Part shown: in pieces, positions 53,201 to 64,000 of the stretch
Position numbering within the stretch: the first letter of the stretch is position 1
Layout of the letters: every line of letters starts with the position of its first letter
From: Mizuhopecten yessoensis
Taxonomy: Eukaryota
Assembly (NCBI RefSeq): GCF_002113885.1
Contig: NW_018408739.1
Span: 109,515-173,514, forward strand
Direction of reading: 5' to 3'
Length of the DNA: 64,000 bases
Translations under genes and position numbers: made by a program
The notes under the pieces: model-generated
The model's database searches: none
The model's input: only the letters and a program-made list of their open reading frames with translations
Told to the model about the DNA's origin: nothing

Positions 53201-54290
53201 TGTGGTACTTGTGCTTGGGACGATGCTCATTAGGGCAAAGTCTAAAAGGTATTGTATACTTTGTAAACGGGTCTAGTATACTGTACATAGAAATATTGTG
53301 TATACAATATTAAATGTTACACTGCATATTGTAGTTAAAATTTTACACTGTAAATAAAAAATTATATATACTGTACATAAATGTAACATTGCATACTAAA
53401 GTTATAATGTTTTTTTTTACACTTTAAATAAAAGTTTAACATATACTGTATTTAAACGCTACATTGGATACTGAAGTAAAATGTACATATAATTTGTATC
53501 TCGTGTAAAAGTTATTTCCTGACCTTACATTTCTATACTTATTGTCCTCGACGACAATACCGCCTACAAAGTGTGTGTCTCTTGTTATCGTTGAAATTTA
53601 TTCGCAAAGTACATGAATTCATCTCTGAAACTTATGCATAAATATATGTTACACGCAATAATACATAGTAATAATGTTTAGTAATATTCTGGGCCTGATG
53701 GAGTACTTTTGTTCCATTTCAAAAAAAAATTAAAAAAAAATGGCAAGGATGTTACATTGTCAAAGGGATTGGGCAACTTTTGTTTGCATCCTATAATCAT
53801 TTCATAGACGTTTTTCGTGATGAATCGTTTTAAGTATTATACAAATTCATTCGTACCAAACGTATAAACACACCGATATTCGTTTTGTTCTGGTTTGGGT
53901 TATTCTTTCTGTTTTCTTTCTCTCAATTTGTATCAGATTTTAATATATTTCTTTATTCCTAGGTCTAAAGATAAAAGCAGAAATCACTCAGGCGACATGA
54001 CGAGACAGCCAAATATCGTTCCTGGAAACCGTCCCAACCATACAGATAATTTCAGCCACCAAAGTCCATTTCACGAATTATCGGGGCAAATTAACGGTAC
54101 AAACAATGCTCAACAGGGAAATATCCAAAGTTCCCAGAAAAGTCCCTTCCAGGGATACGGACAGGAGTACGATGGGTTCAGCTACAAGTCCCCGGATGTT
54201 TCCAATGTTTATCCGAGTCTCCAGAGAGATAGTGTCCATCCACAACCGTCCGCACCTCCTGTCAAAGACATGCATTTACGATACTACTGA
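32265..54290 (+). CDS. VWDE-like (von Willebrand factor D and EGF domain) type-I transmembrane mucin with N-terminal UMOD/GP2/OIT3-like D8C-type domain, 20 exons, ~2080 aa; apparent frameshift at 51041-51056
   Basis: Exons 32265-32313 (signal peptide MLRILVLLVVWCRSTTG), 34873-35088, 35598-35753 (DPC..Y..L.DPWRS, GWYR, CGT..P.W, I.VKNC..FYVY.L), 36582-36644, 38093-38394, 39322-39408, 39691-39797, 40200-40482, 41213-41298 (C.S.NDPHMRTFDG), 41694-41757, 42838-43059 (TCNCGVAI), 43896-44098 (SSGLCG..DG), 44994-45297, 45617-45775, 46344-46536, 47721-47908 (CPNNCSGHGDC..G.C.C..GF.G.DCS, EGF-like), 48354-48617, 49178-52047 (PTS mucin), 53143-53248 (TM IALIAVIGTGALAVIVVLVLGTMLI), 53963-54290. All introns are GT-AG with matching phases, except a +1 shift inside exon 18. 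Confidence 0.85.
34098..34286. mobile_element. Palindromic MITE, copy 4
   Basis: Same TIRs and TA TSD. Confidence 0.85.
34503..34688. mobile_element. Palindromic MITE, copy 5
   Basis: Same TIRs and TA TSD. Confidence 0.85.
37298..37653 (-). mobile_element. Full-length tRNA-derived CORE-like SINE with (TTA)n tail
   Basis: Reverse complement of the 7132-7474 family. Confidence 0.85.
42280..42463. mobile_element. Palindromic MITE, copy 6 (degenerate ends)
   Basis: tccgtcttttcgtattgcagagttatct...tgcaatacgcaaagatgga. Confidence 0.8.
43482..43823 (+). mobile_element. TRIM (mini LTR retrotransposon) with tRNA-like Pol III promoter in both LTRs (Helenus-like)
   Basis: LTR1 43482-43610 ends ctgttaca. 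PBS tttggtacccagcg. PPT gaagaatggaggaa. LTR2 43698-43823 starts tgttacgg. Both LTRs carry an A-box (tggttagagcg) and a B-box (gggtcgaatcccg / gggttcgaaccccg). Confidence 0.75.
46632..46751. mobile_element. Palindromic MITE, copy 7 (left-truncated)
   Basis: Only the right two-thirds remain, ending ...GCAAAGACGGAA|TA. Confidence 0.75.
49530..51520 (+). repeat. Coding 18-bp tandem repeat (PPTTAT/PQTTAT hexapeptide, mucin PTS domain)
   Basis: Unit ccaccaactacagccact and variants, roughly 110 copies, with recurring higher-order blocks. Confidence 0.95.
52440..53098 (+). repeat. 53-bp minisatellite, ~12 copies, in the intron before the TM exon
   Basis: Unit atttgtgcgccattgaggtacatcgtttactgccaatgattgtcattaattta. 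Confidence 0.92.
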
Positions 54291-55111
54291 TGTGATGTGC
54301 TGAGAAGATCATCCGGAACCTTCCCTCACGTCTATGAGTGCTGGTTTTATATTCATAGGACATATTTTTATGGTCAAGCCTTTGTTGACACATGTTAACA
54401 TAAGTTCATGCCAGCTGAGGAGATATCGTAAGCTTTTGATAAATTAAGCTATAAGCTTTGGCTACACAAACTGCAGAGTTTCTTTGTTTTGTTTTCTGTT
54501 CTGGTTATTTTGTGCGAAAAGAATGTTCCTTTTTTCCGAAAAGTAACAAGTGTATTGCTGTGTAACAATAAACAGGGTATTGTCTGCTTTGTGCGACGTC
54601 ACTTCGGGTGTTTGCAAGGGATAAGCTTGAGATCCAATATTTGTTTTTATAAAGACTGTTATTTTTGACGATGGTAATTACTTATATTAATTACTTGAAT
54701 ACATACATGGAGGGTACATGGTTATCTCTATTCTGCTATCGACCAAGTCAATGACTAGGGTCCCTAGTCATTGCATTGCATGGTTATGGAAGTTAATAAT
54801 TATCTTAAGAAGTTACGTTATTAACGTTACAAATTAATGATCTATTTGATTTATAAATGAAAATCATATAACAAAATCTTATTACCGTAGGTGAAGAGGA
54901 ACACATAGAACGGAAACCTGTATCATCGCAAACTTTCTTTGCCATATATTTTTAAAATGTTGTTTTTATTGTACTGAAATTTAGTTTCAAAAGTTTAAAT
55001 ACACTAATTCATCGTTTTGAGATTATACAGTGCAAGTTTGTGATGTTCTGTTTGTTTACATGCAATTTGTAATCGCAATAGTCGATATTTGATATACCTG
55101 GCCTGTAATGC

Positions 55112-55117
55112 AATAAA
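55112..55117 (+). promoter_or_regulatory. Probable polyadenylation signal of the VWDE-like gene
   Basis: AATAAA followed by T/GT-rich sequence, ~820 bp after the stop codon. An alternative AATAAA lies at 54567. Confidence 0.4.
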
Positions 55118-56621
55118 GTGTATGTATTATATCTTTTTTGTTCAAATATGTACATTGCATGTTTATTTGTGTTTATCTAACAGGATTGTTTTAGTACTTC
55201 ACCTTTACAAAGGCTTTGCATGTGTTGTTGTTTAAAAACGTGTTTATCATAGCAAATGCCATATTGGAAATTTGTGTTTGATTCCGAGAGCTTGTTTCCT
55301 GCATGAAAGACTAGCAGGTAGTTAAGTTGTATATCTATTTACTAGAAACCAAACTAGGAACTTCTTTTTCTAGAGAAAAAAAAAGATCATTATAACAAAT
55401 TGACGATTCATAACACTGGGGCATTTTACTACAAATATAGAGCAAAAAAGAATTTAGGAACGATTTAAACAGAGACCCATGGAAAAGAACAAGACAAAGA
55501 CAGCTATATACCTTGATACTGTGCGAAGTGATATGGTTCAGACCACACCTGTCACAAAATAAACTTTAAATCTGGAATGGTGACACCCGCCTGAAAAAAA
55601 CCTGTATCCGCCCCTGATCATAAACAATGTTCTCAATGGAGTAAACACATGTCTTACTTACATGTTACTTACATGTTCTTAGGAAATAAAAAGATATGTT
55701 TCTAAACAGTTTTACTTAGTAAGCTATGTTATTTATTCAAATTATAGATTATTTCAATCAAATAATGACTATTTCATTGATACATCTGGGAAATGTCTTG
55801 GCTAACTTACACAAGGAACTGGACTTATGTTTGTATTCACACAGAGCTCCAAATATATGCTTGCAATATTAACTCCGTCTTTTATTTGTCCTAATTGTTA
55901 AAAAATACTTACATACTTAAACGATTGTTAAAGAGGACCGTTAAGGATTGATTTAAATTACAGTATCAGTCAGGCAGGTATACTGTTCTTTCTGTACTCT
56001 TTTAAATTGGTTACGGTGCTGCTTTTTTTTTACAGTTCGGCCTCCAACGGTAACGGGAAAAGGGAGTAACGCTTGATTGTGTAGGTTGATATCCCTAAGA
56101 AGGGTTTTTACTCATTCAACAAAACAGCATTTGTTTCCTTAACGATGTCGTATTAAAGGCTGTCCAGAATTTCTATATGTTTCTGAATGTGCAAGATGTT
56201 AAATAACGAGTATTTTATATAACATATTTATTGAATCGACATAATGGTCGTATTGCGCAGTAAAATGTTTACATTTGTTTACTCTGCTGGTGAAGTATCA
56301 TGCAGTCTCCGATATTTGCTCTAAGTTTGTAGCTGGACACTTGTAAAACTGCCATGGTTTACAAGAAAAAGTTATCACCCTAGTAACCGAAAAAAATAAA
56401 ATGTAAAAGTGTTTTATTGGTACACGTATTTCTTTTGTTGTATTTCTATATACTTTAGACCTCATAACACTTTAGAATTTGAATTTCATTTCTTGGACCT
56501 GTAGTTACACTGATGAGGTTTAAAATGGACGGAATTGTCATATGGTGCTGTAACGTAGTTACTTTGTTTGACCTTCTGCATTGAAAAACGTAATCTATAA
56601 ATAGAAGCTTATTGTATAAAT

Positions 56622-58230
56622 GGAGGCATGGTAGTCTAGTGGTAGGACACCTGGTTCATGATCGAATGGTTGCAGGTTCGAGTCACAGCACGGCACTGTG
56701 TTTGTCTTTGAGAAAGAGACTTTACTCTGCTTGTTCCAGTCAACTCAGCAATGCCATATTGAATATATTGTTAAAAGTGCATCTGCTAAATTGAATTTAC
56801 TCAGGAAATGAAAGTATACTGTCGATCGCCAAACATTATAACGTATGCATTTTACCTTTATAAGACCGATATTAGAGTATGGAGATATTGTTTGGGACAA
56901 TTTGACCAACCTACAATCACAAAAGATAGAAAATATACAACTTGAAGCTGCACGCATCATTACGGAAGGCACCAAGCTCACTAGTCATGCAAACCTTTAA
57001 ATGAAACAGGATGGTAAACACTTTCTAGTAGGCGGAAACACCACAAAATGATACAATTCCACAAAATAGTACACAACATTACCCCACAATATCTTAGAAA
57101 CATTCTCACAGAACGACATTCGCACATCCACCAACATAACACTAGAGACGCAAATAAATTTAGACCTGTACGTTGTAGAACAAACTTATTTCAAAAATCT
57201 TTCCTATCTGCTTCTGTCAATCCTTGGAATGACGCATCCGTAAAAAGAATCATATAACTTCTGCGGTATTAGAATAGGCCAAATATACCATGCTAGGCTC
57301 AGAATGAAATGAATTTCACTAAACGGCCATCTTTTTCATAAAAATCTAATAGGAAGTCCACTCTGTTCCTGCCGTGAGGCAAACGAAACAAACGATCATT
57401 ATCTATTATCTTGTCGGAACTATGAACACATTAGACAAATATGTTTCAGGCCAATACAAAATTATACCTCAGTAGAAACCTTCCTGTTTGATGACAACAA
57501 TCTTTCACCTGCCCGAAATAGATATTTATTTAACTGTGAACAAATTTTTATTATTAAATCAAAACGTTTTTTACCTATTTAATTCATAAACCCAATTATT
57601 CACTCATATAAACCTCGGTATTGTGTGAGCGTGTTTGAGTGGGTGTGTGGTAGTGCGTGCGTGTGGAGATTTTCTTATGTTAGTTGTGCCATATGCTATT
57701 GTTTTTTTTTTGTAGCATCTTTGTAGTAGTACACAGCATATATTTTCCACTGTTATATATCCGTTATGACATCAGTGACATTTACATAGGTTAACGTTTT
57801 GTACATTGACAAATGCTATTCTTGCTTCTCTTCCTATTTCTACTCCTCTTTCTTCTACTTCAAGTCTCTGTTATCCATTATTATTTCTGCTAAGGAAACA
57901 GATTGATATAAGTTTAATAACTCGGTTCTGGATCCTATTTCATGTATGTAATTATTAAGTGGTCAGTATATTTTAATTGCAAATTTACGAAAAAAATATG
58001 GTTTATACTAACTCAGCTGTGAATGAGTACGTGGTTGGACAGCGCTCGAATTGTTGAATGCTAGCTGAGCGCCGAAATGGAAGCATCGGCTGTATGCTCC
58101 CCAGGGAGTTAAGAAATGTATTGGCTGGTTGCAAAGGCCTATAACCAAGGATACTAATTTGTGAACCGCTGAGAGACGACCTTCAACCTAGGTTGTGACG
58201 AAGCGGTTTATAATAACCTCGAATTATTAT
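56622..58230 (+). mobile_element. CORE-like SINE split by a LINE insertion (5' part 56622-56749, 3' part 58010-58230)
   Basis: The two halves rejoin to the same consensus as 7132-7474. Confidence 0.85.
56750..58009 (+). mobile_element. 5'-truncated, decayed CR1/L2-clade LINE (end of ORF2 plus 3' UTR), 8-bp TSD
   Basis: Broken translation FIRPILEYGDIVWDN...IENIQLEAARIITEG...ETGW.TLSSRRKHHKMIQFHKIVH...CRTNLFQKSF...CSC.....HYLLSC, typical of post-RT LINE ORF2. TSD AACTCAGC at 56742-56749 and 58010-58017. Confidence 0.85.
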
Positions 58231-58871
58231 AGTAAAAATTATATATTTGCAACCTCACGTTCCGTTAACGGTATGGCAGATCGTGACCGATTTAGTGTGT
58301 CTGACCTTATCACAGGTAGGCACTTGAACTTCAAAGGGCCCGCCCACATCACACCTGCCATTCTTATCTTTAAATCATATACAATAGAAAAAGACGCAAA
58401 AGTTATCCTGAAGTGAATTTACTGACTGGGAAAAAGTATAAGCTTCGGACTAAACGCCATTTGAATCTGAAAAAAATGGATACATAACTTTCAATAGAAA
58501 AGAAAGCCGATAATTGTGTTTTGTTTCTTGATTTCATCAAGACGTTTTCGTGAATTTATAGTTTTTTCTGATATTCAAAAATAAAGTCTAAACTTGTTGT
58601 AAAACCTGTTATGGTTGCAGGAGCTTCACTTACAACTGATCGTTTAACAAGAACTGCAGCACACGATATGGTCACTTGTCATATGTTTGAGACGACATAT
58701 TCAGTTTTGGAACAATTGTAAAGTCAGATTGCAGCTGATAAGAAAATCAAAGATACTCAAACAATTTGACCTTGACGCTACTTACATCTGCCACTTCGAG
58801 TAAAGGATCTGGAGAGATAAGGACGAGATTCACACCAATGTGAAGCCGTAAACACGGACATTACCTGAATA

Positions 58872-61800
58872 ATGTCGGTATTCCTGCTGGCGTTGGTGGC
58901 CCTGGCTACGGGTGTAAACGGTGAGTTTCACTTGTTAATTAATAATTCCATTCCTAAATACTGAATAAGAATTTCGGTTTCAAACTTTACTATACGATAT
59001 TTACTTCTTATCAGACACCATGACATATGACATAACATTAAGCCGGGCTTTCAAGATAAAAATAGCAACACGTAATATTGATGTCATTTATTATAATCTA
59101 TATAAAATATATAAAAATGTTGTTTAGAAATATTTTATTGCACATCGAGCCTTACTATTTTTTACTAACAAATGTGGTTTATGTACATATTCAACACCAA
59201 AAAAACGGTAATTTAATTATTATCATTAAAAAACATATACAGGTAGTAATAACAAAGTTAAGGATATTTGTGTTATAGTATTATAAACTGTCATGACTGT
59301 GGCTACTATCACTTACAATTAAACTCCTCAAAGTCTTATAACACATGATATACTAATCATCTGTCATTTTTGTGTAATATGCTTCGAATATTTTCTAAAC
59401 ATTTTCTTCATCAATCAAAATGACTGATGAAGGTGATAGGCACAAGTCATCGAAACGTTACACATCAAATTGTGACTGGTTGTGCTATACGATACCTATA
59501 TCTAAACACTGGCCTGTCTAAAACACGTATTACGTAGTTATAAGCTCATTTTGAAAATACAATGGGAAGCCAATTTTATAATTATTTAAGGAGCAATGTG
59601 GATCCCGACTTTCAGAAAACCATAGGAGATATTTATACAGAAATTAAATGAGATATCTTAACAATAAATGAGATTATATAGCGGTTCATTTAATTTCTAT
59701 CAAAGATTTTTTTATAGTAAATAAGGGATATTAAATATTATATAAGATATCCCATACTATATAGAATGTGTTATATAGTTTTATGAAATTCGGGATCGAC
59801 ATTGCTTCTTGAATGAATGTTAAGTTGGCTTGCCATAAAATACACAAGTTCAAAAATCTGAGTTAACTTAACGTTAAGCTGATCAGACTTTAAACTACTG
59901 AAGTGTTGAATATTTAAGCGATTTCTTTTATCACAAAATGTCTCCGATCAATTCTAAAATGGTAATTTAGGTCGCCAAAAGTCAAAATTATTCAGTTAAC
60001 AAATATGTTTTTACTACAAGCAGGTAAAGCAGTTATATCGAATGCTGTGGACGATGGACTTTCACAGAATTTCATTGCAGCTGCAGCAAGAATGGATTCC
60101 AACCTGAATGGTTGTACCGCCCTTTCTACACATTGTCGATCAGAGTGCGTACATGTAGACCCCCAGGGCTGTCCAGTGTGCTCTTGTCCTGACTCAGCTG
60201 GTAAGTATTTTGAAGGCAGAAATCAATTGATAGTGTGTGGTAATCTCAAAAAATTGTCAAGAATGAGAATCGCTCCGGTTTTGTTAAAGAAACGATGAAA
60301 GTTGACAAAATGATAGAATATCAGATAATGGTTAATTCGAGACATTGGCTAAAGAAGGCATAATCAAAGACAACAGCCTTCGAGCAAGGCAGATAGTCAG
60401 ACAGGTGATAATCTACATTACCAAACATGCTAACAGTATGTCTGATATTGGGGAAAGGTGGAATGGGAAGAGGGGCAGAATAAGCTATAAGCTAATGTTT
60501 GAATGTTAGTCAGCACACGAGGGAAGAGGGGGGGTATGGGGATATCTTTTTAAAAAAAGGTAGTTAGTGGCAGATCTTTAGAGACGAGAAGGATGGAAAC
60601 GTTAAAACTCAAACAACATTAAAACTGAATCTTTTGAATTTTTCAGTTTAATTTTTTAATAACACAATATTCTAAATATTATGTGTAATTTGAATCAAAA
60701 CAGATTTGATAAATAAAATATTTTAACTTTATATCTTCCAAATTTTGTTACAAAAAACAGTGTTTAACAATATTTGACGCATTCAGTATCGAGTTTTGTT
60801 AAATTTGTTTTTTTACGGGTGTTTTGACATCAATAACTTCAAAATTCAGTTGTATTGCATCAAGCATCATCTAGGTATGGTTTTGTATAAAAAAAATGTG
60901 AAATAAGCAGCATCATTTATTAAAACACATAACGTCTACTACTTCTAATATACATGAAATCGGAGGTTAAAATGTACTTTTGTATTTTACCTTAGCATCT
61001 ACAAGTCTGACACATTCAAGCACCGGAAAAGGAAGTAGCAGAATTACTTCCGGTAACAACAATGGCTGCAAACCGTTCCCTAAATCCTGTCACGCCGAAT
61101 GCACAAAAATTGATGACATAGGGTGTATCATATGCGACTGTTCAGGTATGAAACAGATTGCTTTCGTTAACAGATTAGTACATTATCGGAGTGAAATAAT
61201 AGAAATACAGGAAATAAGAAGTTCAAGACTCTCAGTAAATGATGCCATTTAAATAGGTCTAATAACGAAGAAGAGTTCCAGTTTAGAGATAGTTCCCTTT
61301 TTTCGAATTGAGAACTACCCTTTTAGATAAGACGAAGGGACAAGACAGTTTTAATGCCTGAAAGTTACTACATTTACCAAGATATCCATCTGTCCTTTTT
61401 CATGCTATCCATTTGTAGTTCCTTGATAACATCATTAATGAAGTGTAGGATTAGATATTTTCAGAACCAGAGATCTGCTATAGCTTAGCAAATAAATCGG
61501 TTTCATTTTTTTTAATTTTTTTTATTGAATCTTTGTATGGATTTTCTGTCAGAATCACCACCAGATACTATACCCGTTCATATTCATTTAAACAAATGTG
61601 CTTCAAAATTTAATTTGATGGTGAATATTGGTCTAACATAAACCTTAACTACTAATATGTTTGCAATATTCTCATGTGCAAACATGTTTCATTATACATT
61701 GATGTATATCAAAATGATTGCCATTATGTGATTTACATCAATTGATGGTTTTCTGGGTGTTAACGTTGTATTTTATTAGTCATATAAACAAATGACAAGG

Positions 61801-63511
61801 GAAAAGTTTTTGAATAATCCGGCAACACAATATTTTTTTCCTTTCTCCGTAGGTGTCCAGAGTAGCAGCCAATCAATATCCGCCGGAAGCGGAAGCAGTA
61901 GTGGTTCTTCCGGTAACAATAACGGTTGTTCAGCGTTTCCCAGATCGTGTCAAAGCGAGTGTATGAAGATCGATGACAGGGGGTGTATCGTGTGTGAGTG
62001 TTCAGGTAAGACAAGAAAAAACACAATCTTACAATTTAAGCATAAAGCTTTCAACAAACCTTCGTTTTGATAAAACCGCTGTCTAAATTCGATCACATCA
62101 ACATGCTTACCTCGTAAAATCTATTAACAAAAAGAGATATCAAAATCGAGTATATATTATCTCAAACGAATAAATTTAGGCGCCGGTTGCTCAAAAGTTT
62201 GCTAAGTATAACCATTGATTAGTGGAAAATTCAAACAGTTGCCACTAAAGAACAGGGTTTGTGAAACTAAAATATAACACATGTTTCTGATCTATCTTTA
62301 CACATTAATAGCAGTGGAATGAAATAAGATATTCTTGATTTCGTTGAATTCAAATTTTAAGATTTTACTGATCACTGGTTAACTCTAACCAACACTGAGC
62401 AACCACAAAGTATCTATGTTTTTTCACAATTAAAGAGTCGTTTACTGGAAGACATGAATAATATAACTGTTGGATGTTTACGGAAGGCATGTTAACAAAT
62501 ACAACGAGTTCCGGTCAGACCGGAAGTAACTCCGGAGTCGGATTTGCAGTAGGCGTTGTCTGCCCACAATTTAACAAGAACTGTGATCCAGCCTGTATCG
62601 GGGTGGATAGTGTTGGATGTATCGTTTGCTCCTGTTCAGGTAACTATACCTCCCTGTTATACAGGGTTTTATGTATTTATGGTTGATATTAGCTAAACAG
62701 TCCTTCTGTAAAGCATATACGTGTTATGATACCGTTGATATGTACGTGTATATTAAATTAAGGAGATACTCGGATATGTCAGTTAAATAATAGTATACTT
62801 AATGCATTCATTTCGATTGGTCCTTGGTATAATTCGTGACACTTACATCAACATATTATTATTTCTATTATTGATATTTCTATAAAAAACAATTTGTTCT
62901 TGTTTTGACAACAATGATGCACAAGACTTCCGACTACTTACACAGGTAGACCACGTACCTTACCCTCAAAATAAGTTTTTTTTGGCTTTTCCCATATGCA
63001 TCCTGACATGCAAATGTATGCAAAGTGTGGTGCAAGTTATGCGCATGTTTCTTTATGTCATAAACGGTGTGATTTTATCTGCATATGTATTTTTGCATTT
63101 AGTATTAAAGCGTGTGTTGGAATGAGGGCCCCGTTTTGTTTGTTTTGTTTTCTCTCCTTCTCCTTCATCTTTTACTATTATTTTTGTATTTATATTTGAG
63201 ATATACAATAGTCCGCGCCTCTGTAGAAAGACCTTATCGCAGGAAACAGGGAACCTGAACGACTCAATGTGCTGATTTGTTGTTGTAAATATACATTATT
63301 TCCTCTGATTTGTCTTTTCTCATTTTACTTAATTGACGACCAATTTAATCATACAACAATCATGTGTTGTGGGTGCTGTATTTGTACTCGGTTTTTCAAG
63401 GTCCTTCTCCAAATAATGTCTGTCCGGCAATACCACAAAATTGTCCATCATCCTGTTTGACCATCAATGCCGAGACCGGATGTGTATTGTGTTCATGCGC
63501 GGGCGAAACAG
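58872..63511 (+). CDS. Secreted cysteine-rich protein with antistasin-like 6-Cys repeats (5' part; continues beyond window)
   Basis: Exons 58872-58920 (signal peptide MSVFLLALVALATGVN), 60021 or 60024-60200, 60996-61145, 61853-62005, 62487-62639, 63401-63511. All internal exons are phase 1-1. Each encodes a linker (often Ser/Gly-rich) plus C-x6-C-x3-C-x7/8-C-x2-C-x-C, with a D/N-x2/3-GC motif. No stop codon was found in the window. Confidence 0.8.
59590..59808. mobile_element. Kolobok-like MITE
   Basis: TTAA|GGAGCAATGTGGATCCCGACTTTCAGAAAACCATA ... TATAGTTTTATGAAATTCGGGATCGACATTGCTTC. Confidence 0.65.
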
Positions 63512-64000
63512 GTTTGTATGTCAAAAACTCTCTTATTCTTGGAGTATTTTAGTTTCGTTAAACGATCACATTTAATAACAAACAGCATAGGCAATATTGT
63601 TTCTCCTTTTTTACACCATTGGAATATGTGTTTTATGTTATTTGAACCATACACCTGTTTGGATTTATTTCGTAAGAAACCTTCCCCGAATTCGGTGATT
63701 TCAAGTTTCGCAGCAAACGTTATTTTGAGCAAACATCTATGACATTTTATCAGTTTTAGAAATCGGACATAAAATGATTGACTGTGGATAAAACCTATTG
63801 CGTTGAAGATAGATAACTGTATAACTGCACAAAAACTTTCCCTTGCGATTGTACTATCAACCGATCGTTAATATTCTGTTTTTTTCTGAGCAAATATCAT
63901 GCAATTCTACTTACCACCTAACTTATGACGAATAAGCTTAATTTATTAACATTTTTACACATGCTGTTTAGATTATATGCAAAAAGATAAATTTAATGAT

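Overview
AT-rich eukaryotic genomic DNA with spliceosomal introns. Gene content and repeat families point to a bivalve mollusc, possibly a scallop; this is an inference. I reconstructed four intron-containing genes by hand, with GT-AG boundaries and consistent exon phases. (1) An FBXL12-like F-box/LRR gene on the minus strand (3 exons), head-to-head 238 bp from (2) mitochondrial LACTB on the plus strand (7 exons, 600 aa, SxxK/YxT/HTG motifs). (3) A 20-exon, ~2080-aa type-I membrane protein: signal peptide, UMOD/GP2/OIT3-like D8C-type domain, VWD, EGF-like, ~950-aa Pro/Thr mucin stalk, TM helix, and a tail with YPxL and PSAP motifs. Its mucin exon has one apparent poly-T frameshift. (4) A secreted protein built from one-exon-per-module, antistasin-like 6-Cys repeats, running off the window end. 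Introns and intergenic DNA are full of MITEs, CORE/V/Meta-like SINEs, Helentron-type elements, a CR1-like LINE fragment nested in a SINE, and several minisatellites. The most unusual items are: a 125-bp TGT...ACA solo-LTR-like insert carrying a 5S rRNA C-box; tRNA-promoter-bearing mini LTR retrotransposons; a SINE with a pseudoknot-forming 5' extension; and ESCRT late-domain-like motifs on a membrane mucin.
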